Positions 1-11,168 of a stretch of 64,000 nucleotides of DNA are shown one piece after another. How positions within the stretch are numbered: the first letter of the stretch is position 1; the number at the start of each line of letters is the position of its first letter. The notes below the pieces were generated by a model, which worked only from the letters and a program-made list of their open reading frames with translations, did no database searches and was not told the origin of the DNA. Both the position numbers and the translations under genes were made by a program. Source of the stretch: Schizochytrium sp. TIO01. Lineage: Eukaryota > Protista > Bigyra: Labyrinthulomycetes. The stretch lies in the NCBI GenBank assembly GCA_004764695.1, contig SMSO01000014.1, positions 6,872,029 to 6,936,028 on the forward strand, read 5' to 3'.

Positions 1-915
1 GCGAAGGCGAGCGGTATTTCACGAACTTGTAGAAAGTAGGAACCGAGCACCTCACCCGGCGAATCAAAACGCTACGGTGCCGATTCTATCGGTACGAGTT
101 TCTGCTGCACATATGCTGCTGATGCCAATCATCAATAAAGGCGACTCGGAGTACGATGAGAACGCAAGACTAATGACGGTGGTGTCGTTTGAGCTAACGA
201 GCGTGACGTCCTTGCAGAGCGTCATCCACAGCGACGGTGCTGACTCAATTAGGCCTCGTCCCCGGAAAGCTATACAATTTCTGCACTTGTAAGGATTTCT
301 GAGGCCGTGGGTTTGGATACTGCGAGCTGAGAGCTCTCTTTGAATCAAGATGTGACTGAGGTGAACTTGAAACGACCAAAGCTGGAGTCCACACTGATGA
401 GCTGAGCGTCAATGGCGACCTAATGGTGATCTAAAGATCGTGACAAATATTTCAAACGCTTCAAAACAGTTGGAAATGAGTGCACTGAGGCATATGATCG
501 ACTGGGCTGAGGGGGGGGGGAGGAGAATCCTATCACTATTTCACTGCTGAGAAAGGCTTCCGTTGAGGACAGAAATTCCGCAACAGAGGCGAGGCCACGG
601 AAGGTGGAGAAGACTAGAAATATAAATCTTTTATATAATATTTAGATAAGCCTGGACATACCTTGTTACACTGTGTTTGCTAAGGAATCGAACTTATGTC
701 TTTAACAAGTGTCGTCGTAGCACGGTGTATCCTCTCCGTTCTAAGCATCGAAGTGATTGTTTGTCAGCCAAGAGTTACAAAAATTTGTCATAAAACGTAC
801 CCATCACAGCTTTCACCATCAGAATTTCATTAATGATGCAAACATAGCGAAAACCAATAGATTAAAAAAAATTGAGACACCAGCGAGATTTGGCTACCTT
901 CATACTATTCCAAGC

Positions 916-2187
916 CTAAAGCTTGACTACAGGGCCATCATCAGCAGGCGGCTCAATTCGTGGAGGGGGTGGAGTACCGTGCTCGCGAACATAAGCTGCA
1001 ATCTCTTCCCGATGATGCCAGTCTTTACAAGAATATTCGTCCACGCATGCCGTTCCCTCGAGGCAGCTACAGCTTGCGCGGTCCTCATTAGCATCAATAA
1101 CAGTATCATGACGATTTAAATCCTCGCGTAAATGGGGAACATCCTTAAGCGCAATGTCCGCACCCTCAGACCGAAGGTACTGATTGTCCAAGAGCTTGAG
1201 CCCAGGAAGAGCACTGTTGACAAGCTCATGGTATTCACGCATACATGAAGCCGAGTCCTGAAATGGGTTTTCTCGAAGATCTAGCTCGTAAAGATTGGGT
1301 GCTAGAGGAGCCAAGACGCTAATGACACTCTTAGCCGGTGTTAATTCATTTTCCTGGGCAGAGAGTACCTGAAGAATTGCCAGTTTGCTAATTGAAGGAG
1401 GCAAAGCTTTCCATCCGCAGCCATCAGCAACCAGACGACGAAGTGTATCTGCAAGAGGAGCAAAGTCAATCGCCGAATTATCTCCTGTCTGTATATAGCT
1501 AATGTCTAAAATTACAAGTCGCCAAAGCCCCTGTAAATTCAATGGAGTCGAGATACTGCTACTACCGATACTAAGCTTGCGAAGCCACGGAAACCCCATT
1601 TCCATTGGTGTGGCAACGCAATCCGTTGCATTCTCGGATAGATCAAGAGCGACGAGCTGGTGCCGCCCCGGAGGCAGATTCGATAGAGTGTTATTTACAC
1701 TACAGGCTGAATCAAGAACACGAATATGGCGTGGTTTTGTGTTTTCTGTGTCCTGTAAAATATCTGTGAGCTCTTCGCCAGTTTCTATTTCCTCTTCTTC
1801 CAGTTCGTCAAGTGCTCGATCAATATCCTTTAAATGAGCTTCGCAGAGGTCTTTCCATGGATCATATGTCTCTGCAAATACTTGAAATCCTTTCAATAAT
1901 TCTTCGCGTCGTGTAGCACTATTAAGTGCGTCTTGAGGGGCATCTTTGCTGGAAGAATCATCTCCCTCGGTGTTATCTACCTGAGTGGTTTCGCAAGGAC
2001 TGCCATCGTTAGTCTGGTTTTCAGCTTTCGATGATGTCTCAGCTGCTTCATTGTTGGCTTCTCCATGTCCATGTGCTTCTTTGTTATTTTTGTCAGTCTC
2101 GACAACTATAACACCGTAGGCCCGAGCAACTGCCTCGAGAGCTTCTAAAGGCACCTCCTTAAGCGCCACTGATGAAGCACCACCCAT
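916..2187 (-). CDS. Leucine-rich-repeat protein with acidic N-terminus and C-terminal Cys-rich motif (423 aa)
   Basis: ATG-started 423-aa ORF. LxxLxLxxN repeats: LVALDLSEN, LRKLSIGSS, LVILDISYI, LQVLSAQEN, LYELDLRENP. LRR cap-like YHELVNSALPGLKLLDN. C-terminal SCSCLEGTACVDEYSCKDWHHR. Confidence 0.85.
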   Translation of the reverse strand: MGGASSVALKEVPLEALEAVARAYGVIVVETDKNNKEAHGHGEANNEAAETSSKAENQTNDGSPCETTQVDNTEGDDSSSKDAPQDALNSATRREELLKGFQVFAETYDPWKDLCEAHLKDIDRALDELEEEEIETGEELTDILQDTENTKPRHIRVLDSACSVNNTLSNLPPGRHQLVALDLSENATDCVATPMEMGFPWLRKLSIGSSSISTPLNLQGLWRLVILDISYIQTGDNSAIDFAPLADTLRRLVADGCGWKALPPSISKLAILQVLSAQENELTPAKSVISVLAPLAPNLYELDLRENPFQDSASCMREYHELVNSALPGLKLLDNQYLRSEGADIALKDVPHLREDLNRHDTVIDANEDRASCSCLEGTACVDEYSCKDWHHREEIAAYVREHGTPPPPRIEPPADDGPVVKL

Positions 2188-3100
2188 CCTTACACGCGCC
2201 CAAAGACCAGCGTCGAACAGTGAAGACTTTTAACGCAGCGGATTTGCCGATTGGTCGCTCTAAAAGTCTCCCAGCGGCACTTACCTAGTCGTTTCCTTAT
2301 TAATTGAAAGCAAAAGGACTAGAATAGGTATCCTTTCGGGCGGACGCTTGGAGTAAGTGCCAAGTTCTTTTCTTTTGTACCCTTTTTTGGTCGCTAGAAA
2401 CTTTCACGTACGGACTCCTCGTCTCTCATATGTTTGCTTCAAGTTCGTTATATTTTGTTTCGTTCAGCGGAAATCTCCAGCTTGCTTCGCTTCTCTGTAT
2501 TACTATTTAAATATCGCTATTTAATTTTTCTCACTTTAAAGGTTTTATACCGTGGCAGTAAGTCAACATAATAATTTTATAACCATTGTCTTTTTTCATT
2601 ACTGTTATTATTATTATTATTTTGTTATTATTATTAAAAAGATAAGCTGATTCTGGTTTCCGCGTAAACTTGTTGTCTTGAAGAAAGCCTCCCATCAGTT
2701 CATCCACCTCGATGCAATACGTCATGCAGTACACGTTTGCGTCCGCGAGTTACCTTCCATCTCTTTTCATTAGTTTCAAAAATACAATATACATTATAAT
2801 TTTTGTAGAGACATACTCTACTTCAGGATTCAAAGAAAATCCGCATAACGGCTCTAAAGTTACAAGTTGTGCGCTAAGCACCACATGGAGAGCTCGCAAC
2901 TTGACGAGTCCCCCCAAGATCTTGGCACATATTTCCAGACTAAGTAGATACGCAAAAGAAGACGAATTCGGTAAATCACATACGAAAGTCTATTGTTTTG
3001 ACCTGATACAACAATTATAGACTTTTGTTTGCTTACTCCCTATATAAGATGCTTTTTTCCACACTTCACATTTGACCCAATAGTCAGATGAAGAGTGTAG

Positions 3101-3361
3101 CTAAGCCTGGCAGGTTCGTCCCATAATTCTGAACTTCTCTGGCTCCTGAGCGGTGGCATGAAGGTAATAAGAGCTCTTAAAAATTTAGGCCTATCAAGAG
3201 ATGAAATAGAGGAAGGCCACCTCCTGATCATTGCCAGCGATGGTGCAGATATACTAAAGTGCGAATGCTTTTATGACTTTTCAAGAAAAGTAATAAAAAT
3301 CTATGAGGAAAATATAGTGGACTTCAATCTACACATCATTTATTGTAGAATGCTGAGCTGA
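3101..3361 (+). pseudogene. Possible decayed PP2C-like phosphatase fragment
   Basis: Stop-bounded frame reads LLSGGMKVIRALKNLGL...GHLLIIASDGADIL, resembling PP2C motifs GGLAVSRAxGD and LILASDG. The metal-binding Asp of RAxGD is absent and no other PP2C motifs are clear. Confidence 0.25.
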
Positions 3362-5117
3362 TGATGCCTTTCTTTATATAAAAATTTTGAATTACGATGC
3401 CCGCAAGGAATTACGTTGATAGCTAAGCACGATGGTCTTTGGTCATGCAATAGAAGTGCAAGCAGTCAATGAATATACTATGGACCCAAGTTCAAGATAA
3501 TGTGTATCACAGAGGGTAGAATTGCCCCAATAGATCAATCAGACCAAAATAAAAAGTAAGCCCGCCTGCTAGTGGGGCGAATTTATTGCGTTGAGGCAAT
3601 TTACACAATTGCACCACTGCAAGATATATAACATGCAGTCCTTGAAAGTGCCGAGCAGCTTGAGAAGACTGCGATTGCATCCTATGAACTACAGCAAGCT
3701 CCATGCGATCCCCTCGGCTCTGGGTGAGTTTTATGCACCGTGGTCATCGATTCGCATCCTCGCCTGGATCCTCCCATTCATCTTTCGGGGCTGGACTGCT
3801 TGCTCCTCTGTAATGAATGCCCTAGAGCGATGACGTCGTCGCTGTTTGGGCTTGGTCATCACCTCTCAATCTGAGCCAAGTCCCGCATCACCAGTTTTCA
3901 TTGATTCCAATCCTTGCAAAATGCAAACCAGGCCCCGAGATGCCCGAGAGCGAAAGAGCTGCACTCTGCATTTAAGCTCTTCCAAGCGCCTGAAAACGGA
4001 CTCTAACAGGTTCTTCGAAACCTTCATGGTGTCCCTGCGGAGTGATCTCCATCATACTTTACTACGCGGAGAAGCTCAGACTAGGGACTCTTACGCGGGC
4101 CTACGAATCGCAAGGGCTGTAGGGCTTGCTAGGCGAACCGCTAAGCCTCTTGGAAGCATCGAAAGTGGTGAAATGCAATCGCTGCGTTGAAACGTGGGCA
4201 TTGAAATGGCTTTCTGATCCTTACTTCGAGTTTCGTGGCCTTTGAAGAGCTTCCTTCGCTGGTTTCTTGAGTTTGTTTTCATGGAAGAGGCGTGGAAAAT
4301 GGCGGAGGAGCTCTCTTTTCCAGGTTTTGGGGCATCGCCGTATGCGATTCTTGCGGAGCTTCTTCTGCTGATGAGGGAATTGCGGTGGACTGGAGTGGAG
4401 CTCTTTGCTCTTCTGGTGGAGAGAACCTGGCCAGGTATGCCTGCCTAGCTAGATCGACGTGGAGTTTGATCCAGTTTGCAACTTGAAGATCTTGGAGATC
4501 AGATACGATGCTCAGGAATTACAGCTTTGGCTGGTGAAACCAGTTTGCTTCGAAGAGGACCAAGATGAAGATGAGGCCCAGCTCAAAGGCACCGTCGATT
4601 TACAGACTCGAAACGAAGGCCGCGGAGCGAATGAAAAGAGAACAGAGGCGGTCGGCAAGTGGAACTCAAGAAGAGTTGCAGCCACGTCGTAAGAATTGCA
4701 TCGCCGATCATCGAGAAAGAAGATATCAAACAACTAATACATAGGTACTTTACAACTTAGAGATGATGCAACGCATGGAATGAATGATATGATGGATGAC
4801 ACAGACATTCATTGCAATGCGCAGAAAGTCATGACGTACCCCCTTTGACCCTCTGCTCGATTACATGAAAGACTTCTCTGACTAGGACTCACTCACGTGT
4901 AAATATAGCCACTGTTGATGACAATAGAACCCCTTTAGGAGCGGTCGAGGAGTGGCACAGAAGTACCTCTGTGTGATTTATCTGGAATCTGACTTCCTAT
5001 TGGGTAGGTAAGTACTTACTTACCAGGGTGGCAGTAGGAGTCCTACTGTGTCTTTTCCTAAACAAAGTTGAAAAAGGAAAAAGAGCGGAAAGCTCAAGGA
5101 AGGAGAACTTCTAATTA

Positions 5118-5167
5118 AAAGAAAGAAAGGAAGAAAGAAAGAAAGAAAGAAAAGAAAGAAAGAAAGA
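5118..5167 (+). repeat. (AAAG)n microsatellite upstream of ACBP
   Basis: Imperfect aaag tandem run read directly from the sequence. Confidence 0.9.
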
Positions 5168-5451
5168 TACAACTCTCGAGTATCCCTGAGGCGTGTCTAG
5201 CGGAGCACATAGTGAGTACTAGCAGTGGTAGCAGTACATAGAAGTTTATGTTAGGTAGGTACGAATGATTTTCCCATTAAAAATAATTTTTTATGAAAAA
5301 AAAATGAAGAGAGAATGAATAGTAAATAGTATAGGAAGGCCTAACTAAATGAGAGTGCGATGAAGCAAAGAGAATCAAAGGAAGAATCTTAAGCGAAGTA
5401 ATCCAGACCCCGAACGCAAGGAAAGCAAATCAGGAAAGCTTTCGATAACAC

Positions 5452-5858
5452 GTACGTACCTACCCTCGACTGGTTTGAAGCGATGGCTGGCTGCTGCTGC
5501 TGCTGCTGCTGCTGCAGCTTCTATGGCATCTGAGCGAAGCTACGCAGCATGACGCTAAGGGTATGGCTGGCCCTGGTGTGGCTTGGGTTTGATTAGACTG
5601 GATGAACCTGCCCATCCGTGTTACTTTCCAAGGGTTGGCGAAGCTTAGGAGCACCTAGACTGTGCAAGTCTTGGCGAGGTAGTGTGTTGTGAATGGGGAT
5701 GACCCGAGTACAGAAAGCTAACTGACGTGAACTGAAATTGACAATGGGTTGTATTCATTGTGCCTGCGGACTGGGGAAATCGGATGTTTTGGATTTTGGA
5801 TGATGACCTTTTGCTTTTTATCACAACGTATTGGTGTGATCTCGATATCTTTACGCAG
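5452..5858 (+). other. Probable 5'-UTR spliceosomal intron of ACBP
   Basis: GTACGT donor at 5452, the same hexamer as the BRK1 and SLC5 donors. GCTAAC at 5717-5722, then no AG until tttacgcAG at 5857-5858, 23 nt before the ATG. The donor position is less certain than the acceptor. Confidence 0.55.
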
Positions 5859-5881
5859 GCTTAGAAACTTAACTCTACAAA

Positions 5882-6166
5882 ATGTCTGAGGAACTCCAGA
5901 AGAAGTTTGACGAGGCCGTCAGCCGCATCCGGACCGAGTCTCGCCCGGACGGCAAGAAGCCCTCCAACGAGGAGAAGCTCAAGGTCTACTCTTTGTACAA
6001 GCAGGCCACTGAGGGTGATGTCACTGGCTCCCAGCCGTGGGCCGTTGAGATGGAGAAGCGCGCCAAGTGGGACGCATGGAACTCCGTCAAGGGCAAGGAC
6101 AAGGAGACTGCCATGAAGGAGTACGTCGAGGAGGTCAACCGTCAGATCGGCGAGCCCTCCTCCTAA
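5882..6166 (+). CDS. ACBP: Acyl-CoA-binding protein (94 aa)
   Basis: Signature KLKVYSLYKQATEGD...PW...RAKWDAWNSVKGK.KE.AM.EY. Strong C/G-ending codon bias suggests high expression. Confidence 0.97.
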   Translation: MSEELQKKFDEAVSRIRTESRPDGKKPSNEEKLKVYSLYKQATEGDVTGSQPWAVEMEKRAKWDAWNSVKGKDKETAMKEYVEEVNRQIGEPSS

Positions 6167-6834
6167 ACTCGCTCCCTGTCCAGGTGCTCTCGTGAGCGTG
6201 CTTGCATATATCTAAATACAGACAGTTTAATTTTACTTTTGTTCTCTCTCATTCGATTGCCTACATTCTTATTGCATGGATGATGAACATGGTTGAGTTT
6301 GTTTATGATCTGTGATCTCTCCTTAAAAGAGAGTTGTTGAGCTTGTGTTACTCAAGCGTCGTATATTCTTTTTGAGACAATATTTGGACATAACAACGGC
6401 TACATCCTAACAAATTCTAGGTGCATTGAAATATGTGCATCGTTTTTATTAAATCCATATCCTACTGAATTTAAATGCAAATAATTATATGCAATAGCTT
6501 CACGTAGTGGACAGCAAACTTTCGAAACATTTAGCAGAACATGTCCCAATCTTGAGGCTCCAACACACATACACTAAGAAAAGGAAGTGTAAGATGATAG
6601 TATAAAGCACAAGAGCACGTTACTTTCTGTAGTTTCCTTGGCCGGACAGATGTAAAGGGATGGGGAAGAGAAGAACTTAGACAGGATCCCAGAAGAATTA
6701 TTAAAAAATGCAAAAAGAAATCCTTTCGGATGAGAATAAAATGAATAGATCTTGTGATATTTGTACGGGTGATGTGTATTGAGGAAACTCTTATGACGCA
6801 CGATACTAGGTAGAGTCTCTTTAAAATTGCATCT

Positions 6835-9600
6835 TCAGTTTCCTTTAGATAAACTACTCTTGTCAAATCCCTGAATAGACTGGAGAAAGTTGGGCCGTGG
6901 AGGAGCAGGGGCACTCTGTTGAGAACCAGCCGATTTGCCGTGTGCACCATTTTCTGGCTTCAAGGATTTGATAGATTGCAGGAAAGCCGGCTTAGGAGGA
7001 CTCTTGCTAGACTCTTTGCCGAGTGAATTGATTGACTGTAAGAACGCCGGCTTGGGTCGCGCCGCGGATGCTTCTTCCTTTTCTTCACTATGCAATTCGC
7101 TATCTTCACCTAACGACGATTTAGAGAAATCCTCGCCTGCATTTCCGGTATCACTTTCATCGCCAGAGGAAGTGGCGTCATCATCATACGATGGTCGGGG
7201 CTTCAGTAGCGTGGTATGCGCCTCGGTAATTGCACCAGGTCTCATCTTACCCATGAGAAAAGCATAGCGTTCCTCCGTATCTTCTGTCCAAGGTTCAGAT
7301 TTTGCCCAGTTCAGAAACTTTGTTTGGTCCATCTTCAGAAGAGATACATCCTTGAGTTTCTTTGCCCACCAGGGTTGGGTCAATCGAACCTTTGAAATAG
7401 TATGTGTCTTCAAGACCATCTCCAAACCCTCCAAAAAGTCTCGGACATGGCCCGGGTCCCCAATGTAACGACGGACGAGCTGCTCATAAGGTCCGCCGTC
7501 AGCTAGAATATAAGCACTTATATCATTTTCTTCAAAGTAGTGACGATAGGTGCGGGACAGCTTTTTAGTGGATACAGAATCCTCCAGGTAACCGTCTCGT
7601 TGAAGCTTCATCATCATCGTCTCTAGCGGTGAGTACGATTTGGTTGACCCTTGTGCGTCTACATTGCCACGCTGCATATTGAGAATCATATTGCGGCTTT
7701 CTGCAAGCTCTGCGCGTAGTTTACGCATTTCCTTGTCCCACTTTGCACGCTCCGCCTCATGAATAGCTTTCAGTGTTTCAATTTCTCCTACGGCTAACTC
7801 GGATGTTGCAACAAAGTCGTTTGAGTTATCTGCTTTAGAGTTAGGCTCACTTCTGCCTGGAGCCTCGTTTTGTGTTACATTTCCAGTAGTGGATCTACTT
7901 TGTCCACTGAGTTTTGTGGGGGCGAGTGCTGAGATATCAATGTCGTGAGACTGTTGGCGAACACGTGCAGCTGCTGCAGCTGCGGTAGACGTGACATCCC
8001 AAGTATTCGATTTTTGGCCTGGCCCGACGGAAGGCTGGTTGGAAACCCCAGCTGTAGAGGTTGCTAAATCTAAAAGATAAATCCTACAGTCATCATCAAT
8101 CATGCGATCCGCGCCAAGGAGCTCTTCTTGGGTCTTGGACACCTTTGTGTATTCATGTTGAAGTAGGCGACCAAGCGCAGAATCTGGTTGAGGTGCAGAC
8201 CTCGGCATACGAACAACCTTATTTAGTTTCAGCAAAAAAGCAAAGTCCAAAGGAAGGTCAGCCGCATCGAGCTCGCGATATAAATGCTCTCGAATAGCCA
8301 CAAGAGGCATTTCTGGCGTCACATAAAGCCTACCGATTGAAGAACCCTCACTACCTTGCCGCTGGTTCTGGGTTAAGATGATTTCTACTTCTGTAGTGCA
8401 TTCAGATGTACTCGAACTAGGAAAGGAAGCATTCAGGCGAGTACTAATGTTTCGGGAGGAGCGGTACGAAGCAGTTTCGACACTACTTAATGGTTCGGCA
8501 TACAAAAGGTTATCTCCAAGATGAGCACCCTGCTGAAGAGACTCTACCCAGTCATAACGCTCAGAAGGCGTCTCTGCAGCCAGAACAACTGTGAATTTAA
8601 GCTCCTTGGATGTAATGTAAAAACAACAATCAAGCGAAAGATCTTCCCCGAGTGAGGAAGGGTCGACATTGTCTGGAAGCCCATTCAGAATGCGCGCTCC
8701 AGTATCAAGCAACATGTCATTCTTAGCACGCTTGTCTAGTTCGCTTTCAAAGTAGCTCAGAAGATTTCGATACTGAACAAAATACCTTTTCTTCCAGTTA
8801 CGACGACTTTTCAAAGCCAATTTATAAAGATAGCCTAGCTTTTGAACAGATTCTCGAGAGGAATTATCGCTTGAGCTTGAAAAGCCACCTGCGGTAGATA
8901 AACCTTTGGAAAGCTGACTTGGTTTGCTCGTAAGTGTGGCTCCAAATTGGGACTCATCAATTCCAACGACGGATCCTGAAGCCATACTAAATGACGGAGC
9001 TGCGACGCTCTGGGCAGCTGATGCACTTGCACGAACTGAGTGAATAACACGAGCTAATCCGCATACCCAGAGCTCCTTCTCAGAATTCGACTCTGCAGCG
9101 ATACTAAGAGTACCATTCCGAGTGATGATATCAAAGCAGTGTGGTCGGCCCGCAAAGGAAGCATCGCGAATGTATGTATTCGGTCCCAAAACTAACTGTC
9201 CTTTGGGTTTGCTATCTCCTGACTTCGCAAAATAAGTCAGACCTTGATCAACAAGTCGAAAGTAGCGTACCTTCCAACGCGGACGGAGCCGCGATGTTGA
9301 TCCAAATGGGAGCTTTGCTAAATCACCGTTTACTTTTACCTGCTGCATTGCTTTGCCTGCTTCGCTGCAAACCTCAGCAAGAAGTCCCATTAAGTTGAAC
9401 AAATCCTCAGCGCGATAGCTTTGTAAGTTTTTAGTCATAAGTTTGGCCATGAGTTCTTCTGCACCTTTCAAAGATTTCTTGGGATCCGTGAGAGCGCCAT
9501 GCAAGATTGCATACTCTTCTGGGAATATGAGCTTCGACTCAGCAAGATGGGTGAGGATGCCCAGGGCACCATTGTGCTGATAAACATCCCTGGTTGACAT
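6835..9600 (-). CDS. Tandem PH-domain protein with ubiquitin-like segment, coiled coil and three C-terminal WH2-like motifs (~921 aa)
   Basis: First ATG at 9600 (MSTRDVYQ). PH1: GDLAKL...WKVRYFRL...PKGQL...EKELWVCGL. PH2: GYLYKL...NWKKRYFV...ERYDWVESL. Coiled coil ETLKAIHEAERAKWDKEMRKLRAELAE. C-terminal KPAFLQSI twice and RPNFLQSIQGFDKSSL. Confidence 0.85.
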   Translation of the reverse strand: MSTRDVYQHNGALGILTHLAESKLIFPEEYAILHGALTDPKKSLKGAEELMAKLMTKNLQSYRAEDLFNLMGLLAEVCSEAGKAMQQVKVNGDLAKLPFGSTSRLRPRWKVRYFRLVDQGLTYFAKSGDSKPKGQLVLGPNTYIRDASFAGRPHCFDIITRNGTLSIAAESNSEKELWVCGLARVIHSVRASASAAQSVAAPSFSMASGSVVGIDESQFGATLTSKPSQLSKGLSTAGGFSSSSDNSSRESVQKLGYLYKLALKSRRNWKKRYFVQYRNLLSYFESELDKRAKNDMLLDTGARILNGLPDNVDPSSLGEDLSLDCCFYITSKELKFTVVLAAETPSERYDWVESLQQGAHLGDNLLYAEPLSSVETASYRSSRNISTRLNASFPSSSTSECTTEVEIILTQNQRQGSEGSSIGRLYVTPEMPLVAIREHLYRELDAADLPLDFAFLLKLNKVVRMPRSAPQPDSALGRLLQHEYTKVSKTQEELLGADRMIDDDCRIYLLDLATSTAGVSNQPSVGPGQKSNTWDVTSTAAAAAARVRQQSHDIDISALAPTKLSGQSRSTTGNVTQNEAPGRSEPNSKADNSNDFVATSELAVGEIETLKAIHEAERAKWDKEMRKLRAELAESRNMILNMQRGNVDAQGSTKSYSPLETMMMKLQRDGYLEDSVSTKKLSRTYRHYFEENDISAYILADGGPYEQLVRRYIGDPGHVRDFLEGLEMVLKTHTISKVRLTQPWWAKKLKDVSLLKMDQTKFLNWAKSEPWTEDTEERYAFLMGKMRPGAITEAHTTLLKPRPSYDDDATSSGDESDTGNAGEDFSKSSLGEDSELHSEEKEEASAARPKPAFLQSINSLGKESSKSPPKPAFLQSIKSLKPENGAHGKSAGSQQSAPAPPRPNFLQSIQGFDKSSLSKGN

Positions 9601-10687
9601 TTTCCAGGTCACCTTCAAGTCTTTCTTTAGAGCTTGAGAACGTCACAGACAAGTCTTCACGCGCTGAGGGTTTCTAGCAAACGTATCTCCTCGGTTAAGC
9701 GCGTCACTAATTTCACGTAGCGCCGCTGTTGTTTGCAATATCTATCTATTCACGCTCGCCAGCTAGAAGAGGCTTTGCCTTGAATTTCGTTATCTTGAAA
9801 TGAAAAAAAGGAAATGGAGTGCTGCCTGTCCCTCTACTGATACACCTCTCTCGTTGGTGCGATCCACCTTTTGAAATAGTAGCAAGTGTATTAATAAATA
9901 CTGATTTTTAATACCAAACAATGATCACTTGCTTCCTTGTTGCTTACTCGAAGTCATGCGCACAAGTCTTTGCGTTCGGCATTCCCTTGCCAATGCTTTC
10001 AGTAAAACAGGAATGGACTCAATAATCAATTTCCCGTCAAGTAAACTTGGACTCTGAGGAACTCTGCCCTCCGCGCCCAATGCTATCTCTACTATATGTT
10101 TTGTAGGGACTTCAGTAAATAAAAAGCGGTAACTCTTTGCTGCTATACTTTGTCACGTAGCATCATATAATATGATGCCTGCCACACGCTAATCTTAACG
10201 AGATAATGTTTTACAAAATGTAACGTCGAGTAATTTAAGGGAAATTACGCTGTCAGTACGTCCCCTTGAGAATTCTTGAGACCTAATATCTACGTATAAG
10301 TTTATTCTAGTTAATAATATTCCCTGTTTCTTTTTACGGTTCGAAATGAACTAGATCTAGAAGATGCTTAGTAGGATGGCATCTATTGATTTGCTAGTCT
10401 CCAGTTGTGGGAAGAAGAAAAGAAAGTTCCGTTGGTAAATAGGGTTCCGCAGACCGCGGTGAGGGAAGCCAGGCGGACCTTGGATCTCCGGGTGGGACAG
10501 CACACGAATCATGGAGACGCTATTCCATGCAAAGCATCAGGCGCTTTCTAGCAGATCAGATTCTTTGAGGTACCGAAGGGAGAGATTAGGGAAGGTGTCT
10601 ATACCGAGGTAACCTGAAGTGGCAAAGGATCGCAAAAGCTTCAAGGTTACATACAAGCTTGCGTCTCTACTGCAAGTGTTGATTACC

Positions 10688-11168
10688 ATGGCAGACGCTC
10701 ACACTCTCAGTGAAGACTGGAAAAACCGGGAGGTCGTTGAGTCTCTTGAGGTTAGCGTGCTGCAAATAACTCAGTTCTTGCATCGCTTCGGTACGTCTAG
10801 AAAATCTATGAAGTATAGTGGTTATGATATTAACAGAAGACGAGCTCTATCCTTCTTCGCATGTTTTTTATTATCTCCACCTTGCTGATACAATAACAAC
10901 TTTTCGCAAACTAACGATACTACCATGCAATTTTATATATTCTTCACTTTGCCTGGCGCAAACGAATGGTGAGACATTGAACTCAATGTTGTGCAACGGG
11001 TCTGTGATAATTCTCGATTTGACAGATGGCCATGTTCGAAACAAACTTGCAGAACTAAATCACCGTATTGACGCTGTGGGTAAAAGTGTTTCTGTTCTAG
11101 AAGAGAGCATATCGCTTGTTCCATCAACTCAATCTCCACATGAATTTGTGTCAAGCCAGGCTGCATAA
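10688..11168 (+). CDS. BRK1: BRICK1/HSPC300 subunit of the SCAR/WAVE complex; exons 10688-10790 and 11026-11168 (81 aa)
   Basis: Spliced product MADAHTLSEDWKNREVVESLEVSVLQITQFLHRFDGHVRNKLAELNHRIDAVGKSVSVLEESIS... matches the BRK1 pattern DWxNRE...I..FL..FD...R.+LA.LN.+. The intron GTACGT(10791)...gacAG(11025) restores the frame exactly (246 nt CDS). Confidence 0.9.

Noticed and set aside
2-292. Open + frame from the window edge (RRRAVFHELV...QFLHL)
   Set aside because: Could be the end of an upstream gene, but it has no recognisable motif and cannot be supported from this window.
392-430. CTGATGA hammerhead-core or C/D-box-like sequence
   Set aside because: No stem II followed by GAAA and no properly placed D box.
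511-520. Poly-G tract (also 38178-38188) as a G-quadruplex
   Set aside because: Single 10-11 nt runs are too short for a three-tier intramolecular G4.
10619-11168. ORF-track proteins 10619-10888 and 10818-11168 as separate genes
   Set aside because: They are the two BRK1 exons extended into intron sequence. The same applies to the ORF-track starts at 40540, 44170/44576, 55195 and 59649/60153.
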